Shown piece after piece: positions 8,118 to 16,892 of a DNA stretch of 36,435 nt. The stretch is from Candidatus Sysuimicrobiota bacterium (GTDB lineage: Bacteria > Sysuimicrobiota > Sysuimicrobiia > Sysuimicrobiales > Sysuimicrobiaceae), in contig PSLI01000019.1 of NCBI GenBank assembly GCA_040289515.1, positions 1 through 36,435 of the forward strand. Reading direction: 5' to 3'. The position numbers and the translations under genes are program-made. Below the pieces are notes generated by a model, which saw only the letters and a list, made by a program, of their open reading frames with translations, was not told the origin of the DNA and made no database searches. How positions within the stretch are numbered: position 1 is the first letter of the stretch; the number at the start of each line of letters is the position of its first letter.

Positions 8118-9980
8118 GTGGGCACCATACGGTTGACCGCGGCGCAAGCCCTGGTGAGGTTCCTGGCTGTGCAGCACGTGGAGCGGGACGGCCGCACCGT
8201 TCCGTTTTTCGCGGGGGTGTGGGGGATTTTCGGGCACGGCAACGTGTCGGGGATCGGGCAGGCGCTGCAGGAGTTCCCGCAGCTGCGCTTTTACTTCGCC
8301 CGCAACGAGCAGGCCATGGTGCACGCCGCCGCGGCCTTCGCGAAGGCCACCCGCCGCATGCGGGCCTTCGCCTGCACGTCCTCCATCGGTCCGGGAGCCA
8401 CCAACATGATCACTAGCGCCGCGGGGGCGACCCTCAACCGCGTGCCCGTGCTGTTGCTGCCGGGCGACATCTTCGCCCGCCGCAACGTGGCGCCGGTCCT
8501 GCAGCAGCTGGAAGCGCCCTGGTCGCAGGACGTCTCCGTCAACGACTGCTTCAAGCCTGTGTCCCGCTACTGGGACCGTATCAACCGACCGGACCAGCTG
8601 CCCGCGGCCCTGTGGGAGGCCATGCGGGTGCTTACCTCACCCACGGATACGGGCGCGGTGACCCTCGCCCTTCCCCAGGACGTGCAGACGGAGGCGTGGG
8701 ACTATCCGGCGGATCTGTTCGAGCCCCGCACGTGGCGCATCCCGCGGCCCGCCCCGGACCCCGAGCTGCTGGCAGAAGCGGCTCGCTGGATCCGCACCAG
8801 CCGCCGTCCTCTCCTGGTGGCAGGCGGCGGGGTCCTGTTCAGCGAGGCGGAGGGGGCGCTGCGGCTGCTGGTGGAGACCGCGGGGATCCCGGTGGCGGAA
8901 ACGCAGGCGGGCAAGAGCAGCCTGCCGTGGGACCACCCGCAGAACGTGGGCGCCATCGGCGTCACCGGAAGCCTTGCAGCCAACCGGCTGGCCCGCGCCG
9001 CGGACCTGGTGGTGGGGGTGGGCACCGCCTGGGACGACTTTACCACGGCTTCCAGGACGCTGTTCGCGAACCCGCAGGTGCGCTTCGTCAACGTGAACTT
9101 GTCCGCCAAAGACGCGCACAAGCTGGGAGGGCTGCCGGTGGTGGCCGACGCTCGGGTGGTGCTGGAGGGGCTCATGCAGCTGCTGCCCGACTACCGGGTC
9201 GGCGAAGAGTACGCGGAGGAGGTGGCCACGCTGCGGGAGGCGTGGGATGCGGAGGTGGAACGGGTCACCCACCAGCGCCACGGGCCGCTTTTGGCTCAGG
9301 CAGAGGTCATCGGCCTGGTGAACGCCTTCGCCAGGCCACAGGACGTGGTGGTGTGCGCCGCGGGCAGCCTCCCGGGAGACCTGCACAAGCTGTGGCGCAC
9401 CCGCCAGCCCGGCACGTACCACCTGGAGTACGGCTACTCCTGCATGGGGTACGAGATCCCGGGCGGTCTGGGGGTCAAGATGGCGGACCCCGACCGCGAG
9501 GTGTACGTGCTGGTGGGCGACGGCTCCTACCTGATGATGCCCAGCGAGATCACCACCTCCGTCCAAGAGGGCTACAAGCTCACCGTGGTCCTGCTGGACA
9601 ACCACGGCTACGCCAGCATCGGCGGGCTGTCGGAGTCCCTGGGCCTGGGACGCTTCGGGACGCAACACCGGTTCCGCAACCCCGCCACGGGCCAGCTGGA
9701 CGGCACCGTCCTGCCCATCGACCTCGCGGCCAACGCGGCAAGCCTGGGCGCGCACGCTGTGCGGGCTCGCACGCGGGAGGAGCTGTGGAAGGCCCTGGAG
9801 GAGGCGCGGGCACAGGAGCGCACCACGGTCATCGTGGTGGAGGTGGATCCCGATGTCCGCGTGCCCGCGTACGAGGCGTGGTGGGACGTGCCGGTGGCGG
9901 AGGTCTCGGGGATGCCTGCGGTGCAGCGGGCGCGGGCGGAGTACGAAGCTCACCGCGCCAGGGAACGAACCCTGCCGTGA
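8118..9980 (+). CDS. iolD: 3D-(3,5/4)-trihydroxycyclohexane-1,2-dione acylhydrolase (ThDP-dependent)
   Basis: TIRLTAAQALVRFL, IFGHGNV, RNEQAM, TSSIGPGATN, YHLEYGYSCMGYE, ThDP motif GDGSYLM...DN, WWDVPVAEVS. Confidence 0.96.
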   Translation: MGTIRLTAAQALVRFLAVQHVERDGRTVPFFAGVWGIFGHGNVSGIGQALQEFPQLRFYFARNEQAMVHAAAAFAKATRRMRAFACTSSIGPGATNMITSAAGATLNRVPVLLLPGDIFARRNVAPVLQQLEAPWSQDVSVNDCFKPVSRYWDRINRPDQLPAALWEAMRVLTSPTDTGAVTLALPQDVQTEAWDYPADLFEPRTWRIPRPAPDPELLAEAARWIRTSRRPLLVAGGGVLFSEAEGALRLLVETAGIPVAETQAGKSSLPWDHPQNVGAIGVTGSLAANRLARAADLVVGVGTAWDDFTTASRTLFANPQVRFVNVNLSAKDAHKLGGLPVVADARVVLEGLMQLLPDYRVGEEYAEEVATLREAWDAEVERVTHQRHGPLLAQAEVIGLVNAFARPQDVVVCAAGSLPGDLHKLWRTRQPGTYHLEYGYSCMGYEIPGGLGVKMADPDREVYVLVGDGSYLMMPSEITTSVQEGYKLTVVLLDNHGYASIGGLSESLGLGRFGTQHRFRNPATGQLDGTVLPIDLAANAASLGAHAVRARTREELWKALEEARAQERTTVIVVEVDPDVRVPAYEAWWDVPVAEVSGMPAVQRARAEYEAHRARERTLP

Positions 9981-10065
9981 GGCACGGGACGAGCCTGCAG
10001 GGCAGAGGGTGCGGCCGCGAGGGGGTTCTCGGCACCCGCCTCGGGTTTGAGCGGCCACGGTCAGG

Positions 10066-11238
10066 GTGCGAGCTGTCGTAATCCGAGGCACGTGGGCCCC
10101 GCGTGCGGGAGCGAGCTGCCGGCGCCGCGCGCAGGTAGGCAACCACGTGTGGCGGTGGCCCGAGGTGTCCGTAGAGGAGATCTCCGTGCGAGCCGCCGGC
10201 CCCAGGGAAGTGGTGGTGCGTGTGGTTGCCTGCGGCGTGTGCGGCTCCGACCGGGCTTTGTGCCAGCGGGACGGCGAAGGGTACATGCGGTACTCAGGAC
10301 GCGTGGAACTCCCCGTGGTGCCTGGGCACGAGTTCAGCGGCGAGGTTGTGGAGGTGGGGCCCGGGGTGGGCAAGCTTCGGGTCGGGGACGCGGTCTGCTG
10401 CGACAATATGCACGCCTGCGGAGGCTGCCGCGCGTGCCTGTCCGGGGCCACCAACCAGTGCCGGGCGCTGGAGGAAATCGGGTTCACGCTGCCCGGCGGG
10501 CTCGCGGAGTACGTCACCGTACCGGAGCGGTGCTGCTGGCAGGTGGAGGGTATTCTTGCTCGTCTGGGTGCGCGCGACGGTTACCGCGCGGCCGCGTTGG
10601 GAGAGCCCGCCGCGGTGGCCTATCAGGGCCTGTTCGTGGAAGCAGGCGGTGTGCCTGCAGAAGGCACGGTGGTCGTGTACGGCACTGGGCCTGTGGGCTT
10701 GGCGGCGGTGGCCTTGGCCCGGCAGGCGGGGGCGGGCAGGGTGGTGGCCTTCAAGCGTAGGCGGCAGGAGGCGGACCTAGCCTTGCAGGTGGGAGCGGAC
10801 GCCGTCTTCGCGTGGGAGGACTTGGAACGGGAGGGGACGCCGGCCAGCGAGGTGGTACGAGAGCTCACCGGAGGATGGGGCGCCGAGCTGCAGGTGGAGG
10901 CTGCCGGTGCCTTCCGGGACACGATCCCCGAGATGCTGCGCGCCCTCGCCCCGCGAGGACGCATCGTCCTACTAGGCCGTTCGCCGGAGGCTGTGCACGC
11001 GGACCTGGAGTTGCTGGTGGCGTCCGGGGGTCGTCTCGTGGGCTCCATCGGGCACCACGGGGCCCACACCTTCCCGCCGCTCATCGAGCAAATGGCGCGC
11101 GGCACGCTGAATTTGCTGCCGCTCATCCGTCGCGTGGTGGGGCTTGAGGAGGTGCCGTGGGTGCTGCAGGAACCGAGCTGGCCGGCAGGCAAGACCCTGG
11201 TAGAACCGCAGGCGGCGGGGGTGGGCCGTGACAGGTGA
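10066..11238 (+). CDS. iolM: Zn-dependent medium-chain dehydrogenase, scyllo-inosose 3-dehydrogenase (IolM)-like
   Basis: The N-terminus MRAV..W.PR...G..VWR.PEV.VEE, CGVCGSD...D.EGY..Y.G, GHEFSG, structural Zn CxxCxxC-7-C and GSIGHHGAHTFP parallel Thermotoga IolM as recalled. It sits inside an iol cluster. Confidence 0.7.
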   Translation: MRAVVIRGTWAPRAGASCRRRAQVGNHVWRWPEVSVEEISVRAAGPREVVVRVVACGVCGSDRALCQRDGEGYMRYSGRVELPVVPGHEFSGEVVEVGPGVGKLRVGDAVCCDNMHACGGCRACLSGATNQCRALEEIGFTLPGGLAEYVTVPERCCWQVEGILARLGARDGYRAAALGEPAAVAYQGLFVEAGGVPAEGTVVVYGTGPVGLAAVALARQAGAGRVVAFKRRRQEADLALQVGADAVFAWEDLEREGTPASEVVRELTGGWGAELQVEAAGAFRDTIPEMLRALAPRGRIVLLGRSPEAVHADLELLVASGGRLVGSIGHHGAHTFPPLIEQMARGTLNLLPLIRRVVGLEEVPWVLQEPSWPAGKTLVEPQAAGVGRDR

Positions 11239-11986
11239 CGGAACCGGCCTGCCCCTGGTGGAGATGGAGGGCATCACCAAGCGCTTCGGGGCTGTGACTG
11301 CCTTGCGTTCGGTGGACTTTTCCGTGCAGGCGGGGGAGGTGGTGGGGCTGGTCGGGGACAACGGGGCGGGCAAGTCCACCCTCATGAAGATCCTCACCGG
11401 AGTGTATCGGCCGGACGCGGGCCAGATCCGGTTTGAGGGCCGGCGGGTGCACTTCCAGTCGCCCTTTGACTCCCGCCGTCTCGGGATTGAGATGGTGTAC
11501 CAGGACCTGGGTCTCGCGGAAAACCTGGACCCCGTCGCCAACCTCTTCCTGGGGCGCGAGATCTCCCGGCGGTTCGGCCCGTGGCGCTTGCTGGATGAGG
11601 CAGCCATGGAGCGGCACGCCCGAGAGCACCTGGCGAGCCTCCGGGTGGAGCTGCCGTCCCTGCGGACCGCTGTGGAGCAGCTGTCCGGCGGGCAGCGACA
11701 GGCGGTGGCCATCGCCCGCGCGACGGCCTTCGCCGCGAGGTTGGTGATCATGGACGAACCCACCGCGAGCCTGGCCGTGGCCGAAGCGGGCAAAGTGCTG
11801 GAGCTTATCCGCAGGCTGAAGGAGCGGGGCGTGGGCGTGGTTCTCATCAGCCACCGCTTGCAGGACGTGCTGGAGGTTTCGGATCGGGTGGTGGTGCTGA
11901 ACCGGGGCCGCGTGGCCGGGGTCCTGGAAGGGCGCCAGGCCCGCCTGGAGGAGGTGGTGGCTCTGATGGTGGGAGGAGCGGGGTGA
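11228..11986 (+). CDS. Sugar ABC transporter ATP-binding protein (single-domain CUT2 type)
   Basis: Walker A GDNGAGKST, signature LSGGQRQAVAIARA, Walker B IMDEPT, ISH. Confidence 0.93.
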   Translation: MTGDGTGLPLVEMEGITKRFGAVTALRSVDFSVQAGEVVGLVGDNGAGKSTLMKILTGVYRPDAGQIRFEGRRVHFQSPFDSRRLGIEMVYQDLGLAENLDPVANLFLGREISRRFGPWRLLDEAAMERHAREHLASLRVELPSLRTAVEQLSGGQRQAVAIARATAFAARLVIMDEPTASLAVAEAGKVLELIRRLKERGVGVVLISHRLQDVLEVSDRVVVLNRGRVAGVLEGRQARLEEVVALMVGGAG

Positions 11987-13008
11987 GCACGGAGACGCTG
12001 GCACGCCCGGGCGGTCGGACCAGCCTCCGGGAGCGGGTGCAGTCGCTCTTGACCCGGCTGGACCTGCTGCTGGTGGTTCTTTTGATGATGGCGGTGCTGA
12101 CCGCCCTGCAGCCGCAGTTCTTCCTCACGCGGGAGAACCTGACCAACATCGCCCGGCAGATCAGCAGCAACGCGGTTCTGGCCCTGGGCCAGTTCATGGT
12201 AGTGGCCACGGCAGGGATCGACCTGAGCGTTGGATCGGTGATGGGGCTGTGCATGACGGTACTGGCCCTGCTGGTGAAGTCCGGCTGGCCGGCGGTGGCC
12301 GCGCTGCCGGCGGCAGTTCTCCTGGGGGCAGCCGTGGGTGCGGCCAACGGCCTCGCGCTCACCCGTCTGCACCTCCCCCATCCCTTTATCGCCACCCTGG
12401 CGACCCTGAACGTGGCTCGCGGAGCTACCTACCTGTTGAGCGGCGGGGTGCCCATCTCGGGGTTGACCCCGGAGGTGCGGTGGTTGGGGTCGGCCGACAT
12501 CCCCGTACTGGAGGGGACTCCGTTCGCCACCGCGTTCCCTGTGTCGTTCCTGGTGGTGCTGGCTCTGTACGGGGTGGCGGCGGTGTTCATGGGCCGCACG
12601 GCGACGGGCCGGCATATCTACGCGGTGGGGGGGAGCCCCAAGGCGGCACAGTACGCGGGGATCGATGTGGCGCGGCTCCTGGTGCTGGTGTACGTGCTGT
12701 GCAGTGCGCTGGCGGGCGTGGCGGGGGTGCTGTTGGCGGGCCGGGTCAACTCCGCGTATCCCACCGCCGGGCTGGGAGCCGAGCTGGACAGCATTGCGGC
12801 CGTCATCATCGGGGGGGCCAGCTTCTTCGGGGGGCGCGGGACCCCGGGCGGGGTGTTCCTGGGCGCCGTGATCATGGGGCTGGTTCGCAACGGGCTCAAC
12901 CTCATGAACGTCTCCGTGTTCTGGCAGCAGGTGCTGATCGGGCTGATCATTCTGCTGGCGGTATATGTGGACGTCCTCCGGCGCCGCGCAGCAGAGGTGG
13001 AGCGGTGA
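11983..13008 (+). CDS. Sugar ABC transporter permease (RbsC/CUT2)
   Basis: GIDLSVGS, PFIATLA, GRHIYAVGG, ELDSIAAVIIGGASFFGGRG. Confidence 0.93.
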   Translation: MSTETLARPGGRTSLRERVQSLLTRLDLLLVVLLMMAVLTALQPQFFLTRENLTNIARQISSNAVLALGQFMVVATAGIDLSVGSVMGLCMTVLALLVKSGWPAVAALPAAVLLGAAVGAANGLALTRLHLPHPFIATLATLNVARGATYLLSGGVPISGLTPEVRWLGSADIPVLEGTPFATAFPVSFLVVLALYGVAAVFMGRTATGRHIYAVGGSPKAAQYAGIDVARLLVLVYVLCSALAGVAGVLLAGRVNSAYPTAGLGAELDSIAAVIIGGASFFGGRGTPGGVFLGAVIMGLVRNGLNLMNVSVFWQQVLIGLIILLAVYVDVLRRRAAEVER

Positions 13009-13081
13009 GAAAGGGGGTGGGAGCGGGCTGAGGGTGTGCATCAATTCTCCAGAGATTCCCGAGGAGAGGAGGGAGAGGGAA

Positions 13082-14020
13082 ATGTGGCGGACGCGAGGAG
13101 TTCTGTGGGCGGTGATGGTGGTTGCCCTAGTCCTGGGGCTGGCTGCGGCAGTGGGCAGCGCGGGCCCCGCATACACCATCTTGCTGAGCATGAAAGGACC
13201 TGGCTCGGGCAACCCCTTTTGGGCGGCCGTGGAGCGGGGTGCCCGGGACACGGCGAAGGCCCTGGGCGTGAACCTGGTGGTGCTGGCTCCTCCCGCGGAA
13301 ACCGACGTGCAGGTCCAGATCGCGCAGATCGAGGACCAGATCGCCAAGCGCGTGAATGCCATCGTGGTGGCCCCCACCGACGTCAGCGCGCTGAACAGCA
13401 CCTTCGACAAGGCGCGGGCGCGGCGGATCCCGGTCCTGTTCGTGGACACGGACGGGACCTGGCCCCACAAGGTGACCTTCATCGGGACTGACAACCGCGC
13501 CGGGGGTGCCTTGGGTGGCAAGTTCCTGTGCGAGCGCCTCCGGGGACGTGGGGAGGTGGCCATCATCACGGGTGTCATGACAACCCAGAGTATCCGGGCG
13601 CGGGTGGAGGGCGCACGGGACACCATGCGACGGTGTGGCCTGCAGATCGTGGCGGAACTGCCCGCCAACAGCGACCGAGCCCTGGGCCAGCAGGTCATGG
13701 AGGACATCCTCACGCGCAGCCCCAATGTGAAGGGCGTCTTCGCGGCCAACGACCTGATGGCGTTGGGCGCGGCGGAGGCGGTCAAGGCACGTGGAAAGAC
13801 AGGACGGGTCCTCATCGTGGGCTTCGACGCGATCCCGGAGGCGGCGCAGGCGATCCTGCGGGGCGAGCTGGCCGCGAGCGTAGCTCAGAATCCATACAAC
13901 ATGGGCAAGTTCGGGGTCGAGAGCGCGGTCAAGGTGCTGCGCGGCCAGTCGGTTCCCAGGCGCATCGACACCGGGACAACCCTCGTCACGAAGCAGAACG
14001 CCGCGCGGTACGCCAAGTAG
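13082..14020 (+). CDS. Sugar ABC transporter substrate-binding protein (RbsB-like; probably inositol/cyclitol)
   Basis: Signal peptide, NPFW, IGTDN, FAANDLMALGA, VGFDA, SVAQNP. Strong purine-rich RBS. Confidence 0.9.
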   Translation: MWRTRGVLWAVMVVALVLGLAAAVGSAGPAYTILLSMKGPGSGNPFWAAVERGARDTAKALGVNLVVLAPPAETDVQVQIAQIEDQIAKRVNAIVVAPTDVSALNSTFDKARARRIPVLFVDTDGTWPHKVTFIGTDNRAGGALGGKFLCERLRGRGEVAIITGVMTTQSIRARVEGARDTMRRCGLQIVAELPANSDRALGQQVMEDILTRSPNVKGVFAANDLMALGAAEAVKARGKTGRVLIVGFDAIPEAAQAILRGELAASVAQNPYNMGKFGVESAVKVLRGQSVPRRIDTGTTLVTKQNAARYAK

Positions 14021-14046
14021 CCGGGGACGTGGAACGGTCGGAGGGA

Positions 14047-15063
14047 ATGGTGCGGGTGGGCGTGGTGGGTGCCGGCGGGATGGGCACCCACCACGCCCGC
14101 AACCTTCTGGAGCGGGCCCAGGGGGTTCGCATCACCGCCGTGGCGGACGCCGACCCCGGCCGGGCGCGGACCCTGGCGGAGTTGTGCGGGGCCCTTCGCG
14201 TGTACGAGGATGGTCGGGAGCTGGTGGCCGATCCGCACGTGGACGCCGTGGTGGTGGCGAGTCCGGACGCCACGCACGCGGACTACGTTCTGGCCTGCGT
14301 GGAGGCGGGTAAGCCGGTGTTCTGCGAGAAGCCGTTGGCGACCCGGTCCGGCCCCGCGCGGGCCATCGTGGAGCGGGAGGTCGCCCTGGGCCGGCGTCTG
14401 GTGCAGGTAGGATTCCAGCGGCGGTACGACCCGGAGTTCCAGGCGCTGCGGCGGGCGGTTCTGGAAGGTGCGGTGGGCAGACCCGTCCTGTACCGGGCCT
14501 GGCACCGGAACGTGCGCGCCGCCTACGCTCCCCAGAGCAGCGCGGAGGTTCTCGCGAACGCCGGTATTCACGACTTCGACGAGCTGCGGTGGCTTTCGGG
14601 GCAGGAGGTCGAGGTGGTGCATGGCGTGGTGGGCCGCACGGTGGACCCTTCCCTGCCCGAGGACGTGTTCGACCTGCAGCTGATCCATCTGGGCCTGCAG
14701 GGCGGGGCCCTGGCGCTGGTGGAGCTGAACCTGTCCGCCGCCTACGGCTACGAGGTGGGGGTGGAAGTGTGCGGGGACCGCGGGACCCTCACCGCGGGCC
14801 TTCCGGGGGGCCTGATGGTCCGGGCGGAAGGCGGATGCGGCCGGCGGGTGCCGCCCGACTGGCTGCACAGGTTCGAGGAAGCGTACGCGGCGGAGGTGGT
14901 AGGGTGGGTGGACCGCGTTAAGCGGGGTGACCCGTGGCCGGACGCGTGGGACGGGTACGTGGCCTTGGTGGTGGCGGAGGCCTGCGCGGAGGCCCTCGCC
15001 ACGGGCCGACCCGCCAGGGTGGTGCCGGAGCCCCGGCCGAGTTTGTACGCAGCTGTCAGGTGA
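14047..15063 (+). CDS. iolG: Gfo/Idh/MocA oxidoreductase, myo-inositol 2-dehydrogenase-like
   Basis: GVVGAGGMG, FCEKPLA, VQVGFQRRYD, HRN, IHDFD, YGYEV, W..RF..AY, AWDGY. Confidence 0.78.
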   Translation: MVRVGVVGAGGMGTHHARNLLERAQGVRITAVADADPGRARTLAELCGALRVYEDGRELVADPHVDAVVVASPDATHADYVLACVEAGKPVFCEKPLATRSGPARAIVEREVALGRRLVQVGFQRRYDPEFQALRRAVLEGAVGRPVLYRAWHRNVRAAYAPQSSAEVLANAGIHDFDELRWLSGQEVEVVHGVVGRTVDPSLPEDVFDLQLIHLGLQGGALALVELNLSAAYGYEVGVEVCGDRGTLTAGLPGGLMVRAEGGCGRRVPPDWLHRFEEAYAAEVVGWVDRVKRGDPWPDAWDGYVALVVAEACAEALATGRPARVVPEPRPSLYAAVR

Positions 15064-15076
15064 CCGGGCGCAAGTC

Positions 15077-16042
15077 ATGTGGATCGGGCTGATGACCGAC
15101 AGCCTCCGGCACGAGCCCCGCTTGCGGGTGTTCGAGCGGTGCGCCCGTTGGGGGATCCGGTCCGTGGAGCTGGGCACCGGCAACTTCTCACCTGCTCCCC
15201 ACGTGGATCTTGCGGCGCTGCTGCGGGACGAGGGGGAACGCCGACGGTTGAAGCGGGAGCTGCACGACCACGGCCTCGTGATCAGCGCCCTCAATTGCAG
15301 CGGCAACCCCCTCCACCCCCGGCCGGAGGTGGGGGCGCTTCAGGCTCAGGTGGTGCGCGACACCGTGGCCCTGGCAGGGTTGCTGGAGGTGGACACCGTG
15401 GTGGTCATGTCAGGCTGCCCGGGCGGGCCGACCGGAGGGGAGCCCAACTGGGTGGTCTCCGGATGGCCTCCGGAGTTTTTGGAGATCCTCGAGTGGCAGT
15501 GGGGACAGCGGGTGATTCCCTTTTGGCAGGAGATGGCGGAGTGGGCGCAGCGCTGCGGGGTGCGACGCATCGCGGTGGAGATGCACCCGGGCCAGTGCGT
15601 GTACAACCCGTCCACCTTGCTGCGGCTGCGGGAGGCAGTCAGCCTTTCGGTGGGTGCCAACCTGGACCCGAGCCACCTGTTCTGGCAGGGGATCGACGTG
15701 CTGTGGGCCGTGCGGCGGCTGGGAGAGGCCATCTTTCACGTGCACGCCAAGGATACCCGCTTGGACGAGGCTCGGGTGCGGCAGGAGGGCGTTCTGTACC
15801 TGTCCGAGGGGTGGCCTCCCGCGGACGGGCCGTGGACCTTCCGCACCCTGGGACTGGGACACGACGTCTTTTTCTGGGCCCAGTTCGTGGACGCCCTCCA
15901 TCAGGTGGGCTACAGGGGAGCCCTCAGCGTCGAGCACGAGGATCCCTTCCTGGACCCCGTCGACGGGGTCGCCCGGTCCGTGGAGGTACTGCGGGCATGC
16001 CTGCCCCGGCAAGGGGCGGGGGCGGAGATCACCGGCCCGTAA
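15077..16042 (+). CDS. Sugar phosphate isomerase/epimerase (xylose-isomerase-like TIM barrel, B. subtilis YfiH-like)
   Basis: ELGTGNF, ISALNCSGNPLHP, PNWV..WPPE..LEWQW, EMHPG, NLDPSHLFWQG, FHVHAKD, SVEHED. Confidence 0.85.
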   Translation: MWIGLMTDSLRHEPRLRVFERCARWGIRSVELGTGNFSPAPHVDLAALLRDEGERRRLKRELHDHGLVISALNCSGNPLHPRPEVGALQAQVVRDTVALAGLLEVDTVVVMSGCPGGPTGGEPNWVVSGWPPEFLEILEWQWGQRVIPFWQEMAEWAQRCGVRRIAVEMHPGQCVYNPSTLLRLREAVSLSVGANLDPSHLFWQGIDVLWAVRRLGEAIFHVHAKDTRLDEARVRQEGVLYLSEGWPPADGPWTFRTLGLGHDVFFWAQFVDALHQVGYRGALSVEHEDPFLDPVDGVARSVEVLRACLPRQGAGAEITGP

Positions 16043-16062
16043 CGAAAACTTTGGAGCGTGTC

Positions 16063-16887
16063 GTGGGCTACCGGCTCCTCGTAACCGACGTGGACGGGAC
16101 CCTGCTGACGCCCGACCGCCGGGTCCTGCCGGAAGTGCGGGAAGCCCTGCGGGCCGCACGGTCTCGGGGGGTGCGCGTGTGCCTGGCTACGGGTCGCATG
16201 TGGGGATCCGTGCGCCCCTACGCGGAGGCAGTGGGTGCGGACAGCCCCGTGGTCCTGTACAACGGGGCGATGGTGTACGACTTCCACGGCGACCGAATCC
16301 TGGAGCGGCACACCCTGGACCCCGCTGCCGCCCGGGAGGCTTTGGAGGTGTTGCGGGAGTTCCCGGACGTGCGACCCCACGTGTTCGCGGACGACCGCGT
16401 TTACGTGGACCGCCGGGACGAGCAGAGCCGGGCGTACCTGGAGCGGGACGAGATCACCGCGGAGGCGGTGGGTGACCTGCTGGACAACCTCCCCGAGCAG
16501 CCCATCAAAGTATTGGTGGTGGGGGACCCCGAGCGGCTGGCGCGGCTGGATCATGCGCTGGCGCGGAGGGCACCCCGGGTGCGACGGGTATTCTCCGAGC
16601 GAAACTTCCTGGAGCTGCTGCCGCCGGGCGTGTCGAAGGGGACCGCCCTCCGGACGGTGTGTGCGTGGCTGGGGGTAAGACTTCAGGACACGCTGGCGGT
16701 AGGAGACAACCCCAACGATCTGGAGATGATCCAGGCCGCGGGGCTGGGCGTGGCGGTGGCAGGTGCCCACCCCACCCTGCAGGCCGCGGCCGGGTACGTG
16801 GCCCAGGGGGGGCCGGGGGAAGCGGTGGTGGAGGTGGTGCGGCGATTTCTGTTCGCGGAGGGGACGAGAAAACCTGGCGGGAGGTGA
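16063..16887 (+). CDS. Cof-type HAD-IIB phosphatase
   Basis: Motif I DVDGTLL, II ATGR, III SKG, IV GDNPNDLEM. C-terminal part of ORF 15079..16887; GGAG before GTG 16063. Confidence 0.9.
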   Translation: MGYRLLVTDVDGTLLTPDRRVLPEVREALRAARSRGVRVCLATGRMWGSVRPYAEAVGADSPVVLYNGAMVYDFHGDRILERHTLDPAAAREALEVLREFPDVRPHVFADDRVYVDRRDEQSRAYLERDEITAEAVGDLLDNLPEQPIKVLVVGDPERLARLDHALARRAPRVRRVFSERNFLELLPPGVSKGTALRTVCAWLGVRLQDTLAVGDNPNDLEMIQAAGLGVAVAGAHPTLQAAAGYVAQGGPGEAVVEVVRRFLFAEGTRKPGGR

Positions 16888-16892
16888 ACAGG

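Noticed and set aside
9981..10065. Structured RNA between iolD and iolM (GGGTGC...GCACCC pairing)
   Set aside because: Short GC pairings are expected by chance at this composition; no known motif or U-tract.
10972..13815. 947 aa minus-strand ORF and other long alternative-frame ORFs (e.g. 2526..4907, 8637..10517, 18003..20051, 32347..34479)
   Set aside because: They are shadow frames of well-supported genes in GC-rich DNA, Arg/Gly/Pro-rich or antisense, with no recognisable motifs.
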